Shown piece by piece: positions 11,365-26,300 of a DNA stretch of 64,000 bases (within the stretch, counting starts at the first letter, position 1; each line of letters begins with the position of its first letter). Under the pieces are notes generated by a model, which was not told the DNA's origin, searched no databases, and saw only the letters and a program-made list of their open reading frames with translations. Source of the stretch: Paragordius varius (taxonomy: Eukaryota > Animalia > Nematomorpha). The DNA lies in assembly GCA_964247055.1 (NCBI GenBank), contig OZ176056.1, positions 7,626,001-7,690,000 on the forward strand, written 5' to 3'. Position numbers and translations under genes: made by a program.

Positions 11365-11800
11365 AAGGCCAAATCGTTTAGGGAAGAACGCCATGCTTCG
11401 TGTCTTGAAAAGCAGTATTATCAATCTGTAAAGCCCGGTGAAACCGTTAAAAATAACGGTATCATCACCAAATAATTAATTTAAACAATGGATTATTATA
11501 AGAAACCACCAGAGTTGGCCCAGAACATGGCAAAGTAAGTTTTCTACCTGTCTGCTCCGTCTCACACAGCAAAATCAGTGAGAAACACCTTAACCTCGGA
11601 AGAAATTCTTTTGCATCCGTCGTACACACCTGACCTGGTGCCATTGACTCATAAGATTTTACACGAATGTGCCAGCGCTTATCACCAAGACGATCTTGGA
11701 AAATGGCTTGAGAATGGTTTGAAAAAATATCTGTTTTTCTAGCATTGCCACGAATATTTTATCTGGGAGATGTGTGAAATGTGTAAATATAAAATAAATA
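11365..11800 (+). mobile_element. Second Mos1-like mariner transposase fragment
   Basis: RPNRLGKNAML, VKPGETV, HGKV and HPSYTPDLVP occur in order, across frameshifts. Confidence 0.75.
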
Positions 11801-12659
11801 TTAGATGTGGTCCTTTTAAAATTACGGTTTTTTTTTATCAAAGAATAAGCAGATATGATTGCATCCGGTAAACTAATAATCCGTTTTTCAGTTTTTATAA
11901 CATTATGATAAATGAAAATTAGTAAAGTTATCAAATTTATTAGATAATAATGAATTAAAGATCACAATAATAGTTATTTCAAATATTAACTTTTATTTGC
12001 ACAGATTCTCACATTACATCATATTTATATAAAAGATATATAATTAAGTAATTTTCTATTAAAAATTGCATCATGTAAAGTAACCGAAGGACATATGTAA
12101 AGTTATAGAATAAAAATAACGATTGTAAGACAAAACATATCGACGAATATTTTTGATTTAGACGACCATAATTTTACTTGTAATAAACATTTAAGTTAAA
12201 TTGCGAAAATTAAGGATTTAATGACATTATTTTTCTTTGGAGAATGATATGAGTCTATTGCTTTTATCATTTTATCTTTATAATTGTAATTTTCACAGTA
12301 ATAATACAAAAAAATATTGGCCTAAGTTATTTTTTTGGTAGTATCATGGAGACTCTATACATCTGATGGTGTTATTGTAGATGTCGCAGTCTTTTTCCGT
12401 TTTTGAATTGGAATATCACTTTGTGCTATACTTTAATGGACGAATTCGGTTTTGTTATTTATATTTTTAAGGTTTCCTGTTACAGTAAAAATTAAAAGTA
12501 TATTTATACAGACTAACACAAAAAACAAATTTTATGTTAAAATAATAATTGAATTCTCGTAAATTTATTAAATTAAATTGAACTATATCCGAAATTACGA
12601 TACATGGTAGTATCTTTATATATGAATTAAATACAAAAGAAAAAAATGATCAAATATAA

Positions 12660-13830
12660 CACTATGGACAAAAAGAGGGTTAATTTTTTTAAAAAATATT
12701 TTTCATGTGATATCCTATGACCAGCGAATTCATATGTCCCATTTATTTGTTGACGACCTAGTTTTTGAAATATTTAGAGAAATTTAAAATTGAGCAAAAA
12801 TTAAAAATTAAGGATCACTAAGGGTAATTAAAAAATATTGATAAAACTTGAGATATTATGGTTAATTTTCATTTTAAGATAAATAAATTTAAAAATAACA
12901 TAAAATCATATAGTTAGGGTTTTTATAAAAACTCAGCTCAAGTTTTTTTTAACACGCTAAAAAGTCAAAAAATTATGAAAATATATTAAAATAATTTTTT
13001 TAATTTTTTGCTAGCTAAATTAATTGAATCTTAATATTAATATATTATTCAGTAAAGAAAACTTAATATTAAAATAAAGCTTAAAAAATGTATATTTTAT
13101 TTTTCACTTTTTGTCATCTGGTTTATGAATGTATAAAAAAACTACTGTTATATTTTGGAATCTTACATGATGGAATTATAAAGTATATATGTTTAAAATA
13201 GGATTTACGAGTAGTGGAATATCAACCAATAATCGTACAAATCCCTGTAACAGGTTGGTTTTAACACAAATCAATATTTATACTGGGATATACGCTTTTT
13301 GGTTAATATCAAAATTTTAAATATATTGTATTAATTTTATATACTTTATAATTCCCGCTCATGTGAGATTCCGAAAACAGTATTTATACACATATAAACC
13401 AGATGAATAAAATAATATAAAACATTTTTTGTTTTATTGTATTATATAAGTATTTTTTACTGATTAAAATATGAATGTTAAGATTTTAATAGTGAGTTTA
13501 GCTAGTAAATAATTAAATTTTTTAGTATTATAAAAAAAATTGAATTTTAAGTATGTTATAAGAAAAACGCGTTTTTTTATCTGAATTTTTATAAAAACCC
13601 TAGTTATATGATTTCTATTTATAAATGGTAAATAGCTAAAAAGATATTAAATCATAATATCTCAAGATTTATCATTATTTAATTATCGTTAATTATCCTT
13701 AATTTACACTTTTTGCCAAATTTTGATTATCTCTCAATATTTCAAAAACTAGTTGGTAAACAAATAAAATTTTTTGCGGCGCATGAATTCGCTTGTCATA
13801 AGCTATCTCAGGAAAAAAAATCATACAGTG
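12660..13830. mobile_element. Long-TIR foldback MITE (family A); a solo arm lies at about 30340-30735
   Basis: The arm at about 12660-13000 (CACTATGG...GACCAGCGAATTCAT...ATCATATAGTTAGGGTTTT) is the reverse complement of about 13490-13830 (AAAACCCTAGTTATATGAT...ATGAATTCGCTTGTCATAAG...CATACAGTG). Confidence 0.75.
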
Positions 13831-13845
13831 TAATTAAAACAAATT

Positions 13846-14143
13846 CAGTGGCGTACCGAGCATTTGAGGCGCCCGGGGCATAAAACTTTTATGCCCCCCC
13901 CCCTTTATAAAAGCCAAAACAATTTAGTAAAAAAAATACAAACATACTAATTGGGTGAATAATAGAGTATATAATTTAGGGATTATCACCTAAATAGCTG
14001 AAAAATCTCATTTGAAAGTTCTTAATATTTTTGCAAAATTAAAATTTAATTTTAAAAAAACATATAGGCATAAATAACGGCCCCCGGGGCATGATGCACG
14101 ACCTTGCCCTCCCCCCCCCCCCCCCCCCCTCGGTACGCCCCTG
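13846..14143. mobile_element. 298-bp hAT MITE
   Basis: TIRs CAGTGGCGTACCGAG / CTCGGTACGCCCCTG; exact TSD AACAAATT at 13838-13845 and 14144-14151; internal poly-C tracts. Confidence 0.9.
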
Positions 14144-15825
14144 AACAAATTATTAATTATTTTTATATTCGTTTTAATTATATAATTTTTATTATTATTT
14201 TTTTTGTTTTTAGTTTATTAATTGTAAAAGATAATACCATGTATTAAAAATTTTGGATACTATAATTAAATTTAATAAATTTTACGATAATTTAAGATTT
14301 TAACAAAAAACAAATATTTTTTTACAAGACTACCATATTTTTTAGGATTTCAGATAGAGGGGAAAAACGTAAATTGGTACACACTCAATTATATATTTTA
14401 TTGTAATAATGGATAGTGGAAAAAATGCATTTCTTTCTTCCTTTGACACAATAAATTAAAATTTACCTGAACATATTTCCACATAAAAATTAAATATGTA
14501 AATTGTCTTTCACACTACATTTAAAAACAAAATTTTTTACGCTATATGAAATTACTATAAATGAGATTTTATTTGTAATTATTTTAATTTTACAGAGGCA
14601 AAAAAATACTGCCAAAAATTTTCATAACACTATAATTTTAATAATTTAACTATATTCATTTTTTTAAGGTGTTAACAGGAGAGAATTTAAAGATGTGTAT
14701 TAATGTTCACTTTATAATTAAACCGCCTATTGAGATAGTGATAAATGCGTTTTTTCGCTTTTTTTTCCTTTCAGCAATAATTATTCTCGTTATTCTTTAG
14801 GTATACTTACAATCAGGCGATCATTATTTAAATATCTGTAAATTAAAAAAAGTGATAAATTTGACCCCCCCCCCCGCAAAATAGAAATGGGGCCCAAATT
14901 TTATATAAATAATAAAAAAGGGCCCCTGAAAAGCATATCTCTCCTATTTGTTTTTATTGTCCTACTAAATTACTTTTATATCTAAAACTTTTAATGTTAA
15001 ACATTGCTTCAAATTATTTTCTGGCACCTATTGATCCAAATGCAACTTGGTTTTTCAATTGACTTTTAGTGATTTATCATGAACGATGACAAACTACATA
15101 ATTTTAGCCCGAAATTTTTTCATGTGCCAAATATATTAAAAAATGTTTTAAATTTTTATAATTATTTTGCAAATAATTAAAAATTTGAGGACCGCATTGA
15201 AGAAAAATTAAAAATGTGGAGATCAATAGATATTTTAATATATTACAAAGATTTTTAAACAATCACACACGATTTATTACAGTAAATTTGTTTATTGCGC
15301 TGGCAAAATTTGAAAAAATATTTTCGATTTGTTGCTATTTATAAAAAAAGAAGTTTAGTTTATCTCCAATAACAAATTTACATTTACTTATATAAACGGT
15401 TTTGTTTATAATATTTTAAATGAATGATAAATTTACCTTAAAGATACCCGGCACTTTACAAAGGGTAATATGTGGTTTATATAAATATTTAATGACCTTG
15501 AAATAACCTTTTACACAACAATTAATGGTGTGAATAAACAAAAGAGAAATTAAAAAATATTATACATATTGCTTTGCTTCTTAAATATAATTTTTGATAT
15601 ATATAATTATAATATTTTTTAGGATGAAGCATTTAGCTATTACCGAAAAAATTATTATTTTGCTTAATGCGCGGTAACTTTGCGATTTTAATGTCAAATA
15701 TTTTTCTAAAATGATTGGTCAAACCTAAAAAAGCACCATGATCCTGATTCATTTATCTACAAATTATATATGTTTTGACAGGATTAAAAAACGCTCCGAT
15801 TTTGTGCTCGTTGTTATATATATCG

Positions 15826-16681
15826 TTTCCCAGTCAAAAAACGTTTTCCCTTTCGATAAAAACATGTTCCCAGTCAATGAAAACGGTTTAATTTTTGATG
15901 ATATATATCAAGATTAGGATATTATTTATAAAAACCCAATTATTGAATGATAATTTTCCCCATATAATCCAATATACAATCATTAATGCCCTTAAAAGCT
16001 ATATAACTGAGTGAATATTTTATGGTTTTTGAGATATTTTTAAGAATATATTTAATAATTTTATTATTTTATGGATGGTTCGCATCAATATTCGGGACTA
16101 AATTATAAAATCTATAGTTTCGGATAATAAAGTTTAAGTAAATATAACATTTTCATCTCAAATTCGTCATTTGACACTTCAAATTGGTTATAAACATCTG
16201 CAACTTTACCCTTATTTATATAATGTATTTAACTTATAATCAATTATCTTTATTTATTAAACATTTTTAATCAAAACATTTTATATCCATAAAATTTTTT
16301 GTCATTTTTTTCCCGACAGTATTTTGATCGACAAACTTCATATGTTTAAAAACATATTTGAAGTGTTAAATGTGACCATTTTGAGATGAAAAGGGTATTT
16401 TTTTAAAATTTAACGTATAAGTTTTATAATTTAGAGCCGAATATTGTTTCTAATCATCCATAAAATAAAAAAATTATTAAATCATTAAATTCTCATTAAG
16501 TTATAATATACCTTTTAAAGAATAAGGCATTAATGATTGTATACTGGATTATATAGGAAAATTTGTCATTCAATAATTGTGTTTATATAAAAAATATTAT
16601 CCTAATATTATGCTGATAATAGTTAAATGTTATTTTTATACTTGTTTTTAATCATCAAATATACCTTTTTTGACTGGGAAA
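15826..16681. mobile_element. Foldback element with diverged inverted arms of about 350 bp
   Basis: Ends TTTCCCAGTCAAAAAA / TTTTTTGACTGGGAAA; internal segments such as TACAATCATTAATGCC / GGCATTAATGATTGTA and CATCTCAAA / TTTGAGATG are inverted. No TSD was resolved. Confidence 0.7.
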
Positions 16682-17038
16682 TGGTATAGCTTATAATTAA
16701 AAAGTTTAAATCAGGGATGCTCAACACGCGTCCTTCCAATAAATTTTACGCCCCCCTAAAATTAAACCAAATATTAAAATTTTAATTTATATATTGGGAA
16801 AAATAGACGAGAATGCGCGACAATATTATTTAATTTGTGCCACATTATAACTTCAAAAAAGTTTGTTTAGAAAAAATTCAGGTCTTTTGACAAAATAAAT
16901 TTTTACCAAAAAAATACCGAAAGACATTGAAAAATACATTTTTTATATTCGGTGAGGCTAAAAATTTCGACCACATGATTATTTTAAAATATTACTTCAC
17001 TATTTACAATGATGGTTTTTTTGCTAATTGTCTAATAT

Positions 17039-17041
<3 letters not shown>

Positions 17042-17072
<31 letters not shown>
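17042..17072. repeat. (TA)n microsatellite
   Basis: Uninterrupted TA run; others at about 10818-10835, 43606-43640 and 55136-55168. Confidence 0.9.
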
Positions 17073-17075
<3 letters not shown>

Positions 17076-17169
17076 CTAAATAAATTTACCATATAATTCG
17101 TTTGATGAAATATGGTCAATTTAAAATTACAAGAAATATATCAATACTTGAAAATTCAATATGTTGTTG

Positions 17170-17600
17170 CTAAGGTCGATTCCGACTAACTGCAACATTA
17201 AAAATATATCTTCTCACCTCATTGCATATATCCGATATAGCGTTTAGTTCGGCTTGTGTTTGGTTTGGTTCTTTATGGATTTATCCATCTTTTTTTTCTC
17301 CTCTTTTACGAGCACCACTCACTATGTCCAGCATCAGTGACTTTTCGAGTGAGTCGAATCTATTATTGTGGACGAAGTAGGAGAATTTTTAGCGTATTAG
17401 GCTGCCAAGTAAAGACATTTTGGGATTAATTTTGTTCAAAATAGTAGAGTTTGGTATTTATTTTATCTGGCCTTTTTGTTTGGATAATTTTCCTCCAAAC
17501 CCATAGTTCGAAAGAATTTATTAATCGTTTGTCATGTTTTTTTAATGTCCAGCTTTCACACCCATATAATGCGGGGAATACTGTTGCCTTGATTAAATAT
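17170..17600 (-). mobile_element. RTE-BovB-like LINE 3' fragment
   Basis: Minus strand reads KATVFPALYGCESWTLKKHDKRLINSFELWVWRK...DSLEKSLML...GARKRG, matching the RTE/BovB ORF C-terminus (YGCESWT...FELWCWRR...DSLEKTLMLG). Confidence 0.85.
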
Positions 17601-19069
17601 CAAATTCAATGTACAGAAATGAAAACATCAATCTCTGACATTGAATAAAATTACACATGGCAGTATTAATTAGTCATATTTTTATCACATAAAATAGCTA
17701 AATAACACTAGACAACAAATTTTGTCTTTTTTTAACTGCCATTCTTGTAAATTTATTTATTTCATTAAAGTACATAAATAGTCTAAAATGAAAATTGGTC
17801 TAACACCTAAGAATTTTATTTTATTAGGGTTTATCGATAATTTTTGGCTCCGATTTAACATTAAACTCAAAATTTCCATAATTAAACTTTTAGATATAGA
17901 GCCATGTATTTTATTTCATTCGAAAGAGCGCGAAAAACTGTATTTTTCGAATGGGAGTAAGTCATTCGAAACAATTGGATGGATAAGTTATTTGGGTTTA
18001 ATGTTTAAAATTATCTAAGTCAAAAAATTTTGACAGACAAATCAATTTGAAAATCATATAAATTGTTTTGATATAATTATCAGGGTTTTATTAGTATTTA
18101 ATTAAAAAAAATCTTTAAATAGCTTTTGGTTAGCTTTTTTAATAAAAATTATTATTATCATAATTATATTACCTAGTGGATACTAACATGCATCGTTATA
18201 ACTGTAAATTTATTACATAGTCGTTGAAATAATAATAAAACTCCTTAAACATTGTTTTTAGTCTTTGATATTTCGAAATTATAAGCCTCATAAAGAAAAT
18301 AAATTAATATTGATGAGATGGTAATTTTTAAAAATAAAAAACTTTAAAATGGCTGTTTTGAGTGACATAAAAGCAACAATTGTGTTATCTTTTTTGGACA
18401 TTCATTGCCATCTAGACAAAGTTTAGGCTCTTTTCATCCTTTAGTAAAAATATATTAATTAAGAAAAACGTTCTCGCTTTGCGGGTTTGACGCTTTCTAA
18501 CTCCAATATTAAGTTTTGATGTAAAACATATTAGTAAGCATTTTATAGAGTTTTTGTTACTCTTTCAAATAATATATGACAAACGGGCATTTCTCGTATA
18601 TTTTCAAATTAAAACATCTTTTAGTAAAATTTTGATAAAGAGGGCGCATAATCGAAAAAATCAAATTAAACAAAATTCTTAGGTGGAATTATAATTTTTA
18701 ATTTCTGATTAACTGTTAAAATGATGGTAAATATTAGAAAATGCAAGTTGAGTGGCAGAAAATTTTGTTGTCCAGTGTAATAAACTGACCATGAACAAGT
18801 GTATGTAAAACAGCCATATATCATGACGATTGTAAAATAATTCTATAAACATCTTTTTGTCTGAAACACGGCAAACGAAATAATTTTATCCTTTTTAAAT
18901 TCATCTTAAACCTTATTGGTGAATAAAAAAATTCAAAAAAAAGTTTTTTGTATCAACTCATAAAATGGTACCGCTCACACAAAGTGACAAACACTATTTT
19001 CGCACACGATGTTAAGGTTTAATTTAAAAAGGAAGGTTTGACTGTATATTTCGGTTTGGGTTGTATTGT

Positions 19070-19330
19070 TACAGTAGAGGTCGACTTTTAGCAATATTGT
19101 AAATAAAACCTCTCTATAGACTGCGATTTTTAATTTTAATGTTGAGTTCTGCCAAGGTGGTATTGGTGTCTTTTAGAATATAATCCATCCACCATATCTT
19201 TCTTCGGCCCCTTTTACGTGTATAACTAACCTTTAACAAAATCAAGGACTGTTCCAGTGAGTAGATCTCATAATATGGCCAAAGTAGAATAGTTTGGTGC
19301 GGAATGGTTTATATTGGCCAAATTTAGCAA
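19070..19330 (-). mobile_element. Second RTE-BovB-like LINE 3' fragment
   Basis: Minus strand reads KLFYFGHIMR / SLEQSLILLKVSYTRKRGRRKIWWMDYI...IAKSR. Confidence 0.8.
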
Positions 19331-19624
19331 TTTTAATTGCAAAAATAGATTACATCAAGAGAAAGACACTTTTCAATAACATGATTGCACACTCGATCCG
19401 GAGGCTTGCAGCACAACACAATTAAATTGTATTTATATTTACCATTCCAACATTTATAAAAACATCTAAAATATGTTTCAACTGCAAATAACACGGTGCT
19501 TTAGTTCCTTAATCATTAATTTTAAAATAATAACAACTCAAATTACTTTTTATTAATTAGGGTCGAATAGTTGGAAAGATGAAAGACCGCTCACAATGAA
19601 ATTTATAAAAAGTAACTTTTCGAA

Positions 19625-19930
19625 TCTATATATAACATTTAAAATTCAAATTCACCCTTGAACAATTCAAATTCAAAATATATTATATGTTTTTTTAAGA
19701 TTAAGAATTACCTATATTTTTATATATTTTTAGAAAATAAAATTTTGTTATTATTAAAATAATACCGAAAAAATACTAAACTATGCCAAGATATGTTTTA
19801 TATTAATAATGAGTTATATTATTTCGAAAACACATAATTTATTTTTAGGGTGAATTTGAATTGTTCGAGGATGATTTTGAATTGTTCGAAGGTGAATTTG
19901 AATCGTTCAAGGGGGAATTGAACTGTAAAT
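19625..19930. repeat. Palindromic repeat family C (AAATTCACCCT / AGGGTGAATTTGAA with internal 20-bp subrepeats)
   Basis: An inverted pair is present here; related pieces lie at about 24838-25140, 25885, 27210-27265, 47275-47340 and 60880. Confidence 0.65.
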
Positions 19931-20384
19931 GGCATATTTAATATTTATCTTATTATCATTAAATTTAAAGTTTCTTCACTGATTTAAAAATTACTAAAAA
20001 TTTCACATTTTGGAGTCATAAAACACAATAATACTGTAATCTTTTAGCAAGGTTTCTCTTTAAAAAATTACCTAGTTATACAATCATATTTTTTGCATAT
20101 AGTTATTTAATCATGGTAAAATTTCATATACCTAAAATTAATAAAAAATATATTTTAGGGAGTTTGTTTTTCATCCATTTAGCTTAACTTGGAATAAAAT
20201 AATAACTTTAAATAATAACATTTACACAAGTTAGTAGTGTACACGATGTTTACTATTTCATAACGAAGCTAAGCGTGCGAAAAAACAAACGATAAAAATA
20301 AACGAATTCTAAAATAAACAACAATAATAAATATATTTGGAGGGAATTTTAAAAGCCATTTATTTTTTTTCGTTTTTAGCCATC

Positions 20385-23300
20385 ATGCCCGCAGAAACTA
20401 TTATAAAGATTTTATTTTCACAATCTGAATGGGAACAAATCGAAAAGATTGAACACGATGACCCATCAAAACTAAGTAATTATTTTGTATATAATCATTC
20501 TAATTTATAATAGGCAACATTTATGAAACGAGTCAATTGCTGCTTATGTTAAAGGAAGAACCAGTCATAGTAAAATACTATATAGCTCAATACATGCTAA
20601 AAAATAACCTATTTTGTGATTTTAACCATGTAATGCCATGCAATGACAACTCCCACAATCCTATGAAAGCAACAACCCTGTATGAACTCTCACTCATTGC
20701 AACTTCGCAATCTTCGCTAGAAAAATTTCCCATCAAAATTGGGTATTATATAACGTTGCCTTCTTTGAGTTTATGCATTTTAAAATAATAAATTTTAATA
20801 AAGATTTTTTTAATGTGGAAAAACGGAAAAATATTTTACAATACAAAATTGTATGTTTGTACGATCAATTTTAAATATATATTTTATAGCCTTTTAGGCA
20901 ATTCATCAAAATTCCAAAAATTAGAAACTTAAAAATTGCAAAATAAATCATGACCGCAGATCTTTGTTATAAATGTGTCCAGTTAAATCGCGAAAAACAA
21001 TATCTCAACACTTTCGATCAAATGGCAAAAATGCATGTTTTAATAGAAATATGTTTGTCATAAAAATATAATTTATATGGAGAGTATTTTAAATTAGTCC
21101 GTTGTATGCATTTACCCTGACCAATTTTTATTATAAAATGTAAGAAATCAGTTAAATGATTTCTTAAACCAATTTTCTAATTAAATCCTTCCCGAATTTC
21201 GGCAATTAACCAGCGAAAATTGTTAAAAGAAATAATATTTATAGTCATGTTAATAATTTAAGAAAAAAAATTTCCGATGTATGCGAATTTGGACACTCCT
21301 GTACTAAACGATCATTTTTATTAAATTACTTTTTGTTTAATTTCATGTATTTTCATATGAAACATTTGTTGACCCTCTGCTTGCTAATTACTCTTAAAAT
21401 TATCTCTTTAATCGTTTTTTTGCATAAAAACTTATATTAGAATCAAATTTATATACTTTACACATAAAATAAATATATATTTATGGAGTAGGTAACTCTA
21501 TCGAATAAAAATTTGTTATTATTGGTGTTTCATATTTATTTACCATTACCGATTTAATTAATATAAAATATACAAATAACCAGAAATTCGGGAAAATACA
21601 TGGCTAATTTATCGCAACGTGAATATATTCTACATATAATTACCAAAAATAATTGTTAATATTCCATTTTTGTTATTGAACCTAAAAATGATATGGTTGT
21701 ATAAAGGAGTTTTATATAAATAATAAGAGGAGGGGGGGGTGATTATTTATTCAATAAAAATGATAAGTTGATTTCCGTTTATTACCAGCGTTGGAAAAAT
21801 GGGAAAATCATTGATTGCAACGAAAAACATTGATATTGGAACATATATATTTCTAGAAAGTCCCCTCTTTTTTGCCCCAAAGACAACAAATCGTATATTA
21901 GTATTTTATTTTTACAAACAAAACGATTTGATTTTAATTTATAAAAGAAGTTTGTTTAATGAGAATCATTTAATTTAAGAATATAATTTAGTTAACATTA
22001 TTTAAATATTTTTGATATACAAGTTATAGTCAAAATTAAATATTATTTTATAATATATTTTATTTGGCTGCATTTACTTAGAAATATGCTAAACATTTAT
22101 TTAACACTTTATAACCATATTACATCAAAATTTAGCTTATAACATAAATTAAATAATTAATATCATGCTTTTATATTACTTTTCTACAGTGTGAATAATA
22201 GAGTGTTACATACATTAAGAAAGCGTAAAATATTCGGAATGAAGCATTTAGCTTTGCCAAAAAATTTTATTTAGCACAATGTGCAAAAATTTTGCAATCT
22301 TTCGATTGGAATGGTTACCACAAAAGGTTAACTTTCTTATTTCATTCATAAGGCCCAAAATAAAATGCAGCATGAACATCATGATACAATTTTTTATCAG
22401 AAACTATATATATTTCAGCAAGATCTTGTGTGCCTTTTGTTCAATAATAAAATAATGAATAGGGCACAATCACCAAAAAAATTTATAAAATAATATGCGG
22501 AGGATTAAAGATAGATTTTAAAATAAAAATAATTTTATCAAAACTGTAAAAACGGAAAAAACCCATACATGACTACTAGTTTCCCTTTTAGCCATTGAAA
22601 GTACAGATATGACCTTAACAGGGCTCGCTAACACTCCATAACTTGGGGTAGATTTAGATGCTAGAGCGATTTGAAATTTGAATATCTTATAAAATTTTTA
22701 AGGTATTAAGTCGAATTCAAAAAAATGCAAATTAAACTTTTTCCCCGCAATTTTTTTTTATTTATTTTTATAAGGCAAATATGTGTAAAAAATGTAAATA
22801 ATCAATTTAAAAAAATTTTCAGGCTTCATTTTACAGGCAAAATTGATTTTATAAATCTGTTCTAACACGTAAACACAAATTTAGACTCTAGAAGCTTCAA
22901 AACTGTCACTATAAGCCTATTTATCTAATACATAAGAACAATGTTAGATATTTTAAACTAAACTTTCAAAATATTGTTTAGAAATTGAGATTTAATATAA
23001 CATTACCCCAATATGTCAACTAGGAATGGTCATAAGTTTGAATCTATTTTAAAAAAGATATTTTTTAGCCATTTTAACAATGCGAAATTTTAGCAAACGA
23101 GATAATTTATAATAACAAGTTTATTTTTTTGTTTCGGTCCCGAAATTTAAATTAGGTAAAAGCCTGACGATTGAGTTGCATAAAATTTATTCAAATATGA
23201 TTCAAAAGTTACTTTTTTGTTTAAATCTAATAAATTAGAACAAAATATAATCAGCATGTATTAAAAATTAAGCTACTCCAATCAATATGTTTTGTGCCTA

Positions 23301-26300
23301 CTGTGCCAAGTATTTTGCCATGCAAGATTTTTTTTCGAGAGAAGATATTGAAATTTTCGCCGCAATGAGACCTAATGTGGTAATGTTTTATATTATTATT
23401 TATTATTATATTGACATCTCTAAGTCCTTTAAGGCAAATTTAGTGAGCCTTATACAATAAGATGTTCAATTAACATCAATTTCAGCTCACCTTGTTATAT
23501 TTTATTGTTAAAAGAGGAATAATTCTTTGATTTCTTGTTAAATCGGCATTAATTTATACATCATTGAATATATAGTATGGACTTTTACTTTTATAACATA
23601 AGACTGCTACTTTTCCGTTGTGATGGTTGGCCTCAGCTTAAACAAGTTAGTTTTAAATGTTTTGCAAAAACCTTTACTTTGCAGCAAGTTGTTTTCACAA
23701 GGGCATGTAGGAAATTTAAATTTATTTTCACACCATGGATTTAAAAGATCAGAGAAAATCATTTGTAAAGTTTAATATCTAATATATAATTTAGTAAACG
23801 ATTCAACTAATATTTCGTGGGTTTGTTACAAATGTAATTATTTCCTTTTGTTAGAAATGGTCTGATTGTATAAGGCACTCCATTCCCTGCGATAACTGCA
23901 ACGAAGAGTTTTATTGTACAAATGAGTGTAAAAGCAATAGTTGGGAATCTTTCCATTCCTTTGTTTGTGCCAAAAACCCTAACCATAAGGATAGACCTGA
24001 TTTGGAAAGCGCTAAAATTAAATTTAAAGAATTGTTTCAACTAGCATCAGAGGATACTGTCCAACCGGGTTGGCCATCAAACACCAATCCTCTGATTTTA
24101 ATTAAGGTTATTTGTCAAGGTATTAAAGAGATAAGCCATGATGATGGCTATTGTAAAACTTTAATCACAAATAACTCCAAGTCGGAAGGGAAAGACAGTC
24201 AAAACAATCAAACAACTTGTGGTGAAGATAAGGAAATGTCCATATTAGGATTGTACATTATACGTAAAATTTTGGGATCCTTTACATCCTCCACAACTGA
24301 GTTACAATTAACCGCGTTTATCAAATCTATGCATCAAACCAAACATATATTTGATATCCTTACCAATCCAGACAATGTTGAAGCCTTCAAACTTTCTGAC
24401 AGAGCATTTGCTCTAATCTGTCTCATTATAATGAAGAATGAACAAGCGTTTGCTCCCTATCTCTTTGTGGATGATATGAACTCTTTGTATAAACAGGTCT
24501 ATATTCAATGTCCCGAATATGCTTTCTCTTATGTAATGAGAATCCAAAAAGTGGCGGAAAGGATTTTTATGAAAGACCCCGAGTTTTCTGGAATTTTTGT
24601 TATTCAATCCTGCATTAACCATAGTTGTGACCGCAATGCCATGATCTTAAATTCGGCAACGAAAACCATTGCAAAAAAATGTGGAATAATGAAGTTTGAT
24701 AATATTTTTATTTTTTATGAAGGTTGAAGCTGTTAAGAACAATGCAAGTAAGTGATTGGCAAAGCTTTTTAATGGGTCAAATTATATTATTTATATTTCA
24801 AATTCATCATTAAATAATTTAGACTAGTTTTACATTTCAAATTTACCCTTGAATAATACACATTTACCTTTAAACATTTCATAATCACCCCAAAAATAAA
24901 AAATGCTTTCGAAGTATAAAAATTACCTATTTTAGATATTTTTAAAAAATAATACTTTGTTTTATACACAATCCAGAAAAATTCATCTAGGCTATAAAAG
25001 AATATTATTAATAAGTTTGGGCAGCCCAAAAACACAATTTATTATAGTGTAAATTTTATTGATCATCGAAAGTTTAAGGGTGTACAAAATGTTTAAGGGT
25101 GAATTTGAAGTGTTCAAGAATGAATTTTAGGTGTGAATTGTATTTAATAACCGCTCAGATCCATTTCGAATGATTTACACTTTGCAAATGTTTGAATAAA
25201 ATAAAAATTGGGGAAAGCTTATAATTTCAAATTTCAATTTAACATGTAATATAATTTTTATACCATGATAATTTTATATTTTATAATATGATCTCATAAA
25301 TATATGTGCATTCCAATTTTTTATTGGTTATTTTTCCACTTTTATTGCTTTTAGTAAAAATTTATGGAAGCAGTTATTTATTATTACATTCACGGTAAAA
25401 AAAGATAGGTTTATTATTTTATTTGTATTGTTTTGAATATAATGTATAATAATAATTAAACATGTATATGATATTTAAATATACCCTTAGATCAGTGGTT
25501 AGTTTTTTTGTTAACGCCTCACCAAATTAAAAAATAATTCTTGTGCCTCCCTCTTCTCCCAAAAAAATAAATACATAACTGTTTTTTCATTAAGGTATTA
25601 TAAAAATCATAAAAATTAATGAGTAAGATCCTTGTATCTGCAATTGTGAAATATTTCCCCATAATCTTGTGATAATTTCTGCTTTAACGTTTGACAAAGA
25701 TTACTAGTATCGAAAATTCACCCAATAAATTCATTTAATATTAGCTGAATTATAATTGCAATAATAAAACAAGTGTGTATTTGAATAAAGGTAAGGGATA
25801 GACAAGAGCAAGAAAATACACATCAATGTATTGCATAATTGTTTACAACGCTATTTTATTTTTTTATATTTTATATACCATTTACAGTTCAAATTCACCC
25901 TAAAAATAAATTAATTATATGTTTTCGGAGCTCTATGGTATTAACCATATAAAACAAGTGTGTGGAAGAGCGTCGGAAGTCTTTGGTAAAAAATAAAAAT
26001 ACACTAACAACTAACCCTTCATTTAAAAGTATAAGTTGGGAAAATCATAATTTTTATCTCAATTATAATTTTTTTTGTTTTGATATGGGAACGATTTTGA
26101 AAGGGATATTCACGATAGATGCTACCTTCAAAATTAATATAATTTTTTAAAAAAGAGTTTTAATTGATTTTGCTTTATAAAAACTACGGTTAGAGAATGA
26201 AATTTTAACCATCATTTATTGTAATCAGAGGCGATTTCGTTTTTCTTTGATCCCACAGTACGATATGAAAATAATTCTCAGACATATCGTGCCTTTTTTA

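Noticed and set aside
23807-25035. ORFs 23807-, 24413- and 24787-
   Set aside because: Antisense to the SMYD exon or intronic AT-rich repeat sequence; no domain signal.
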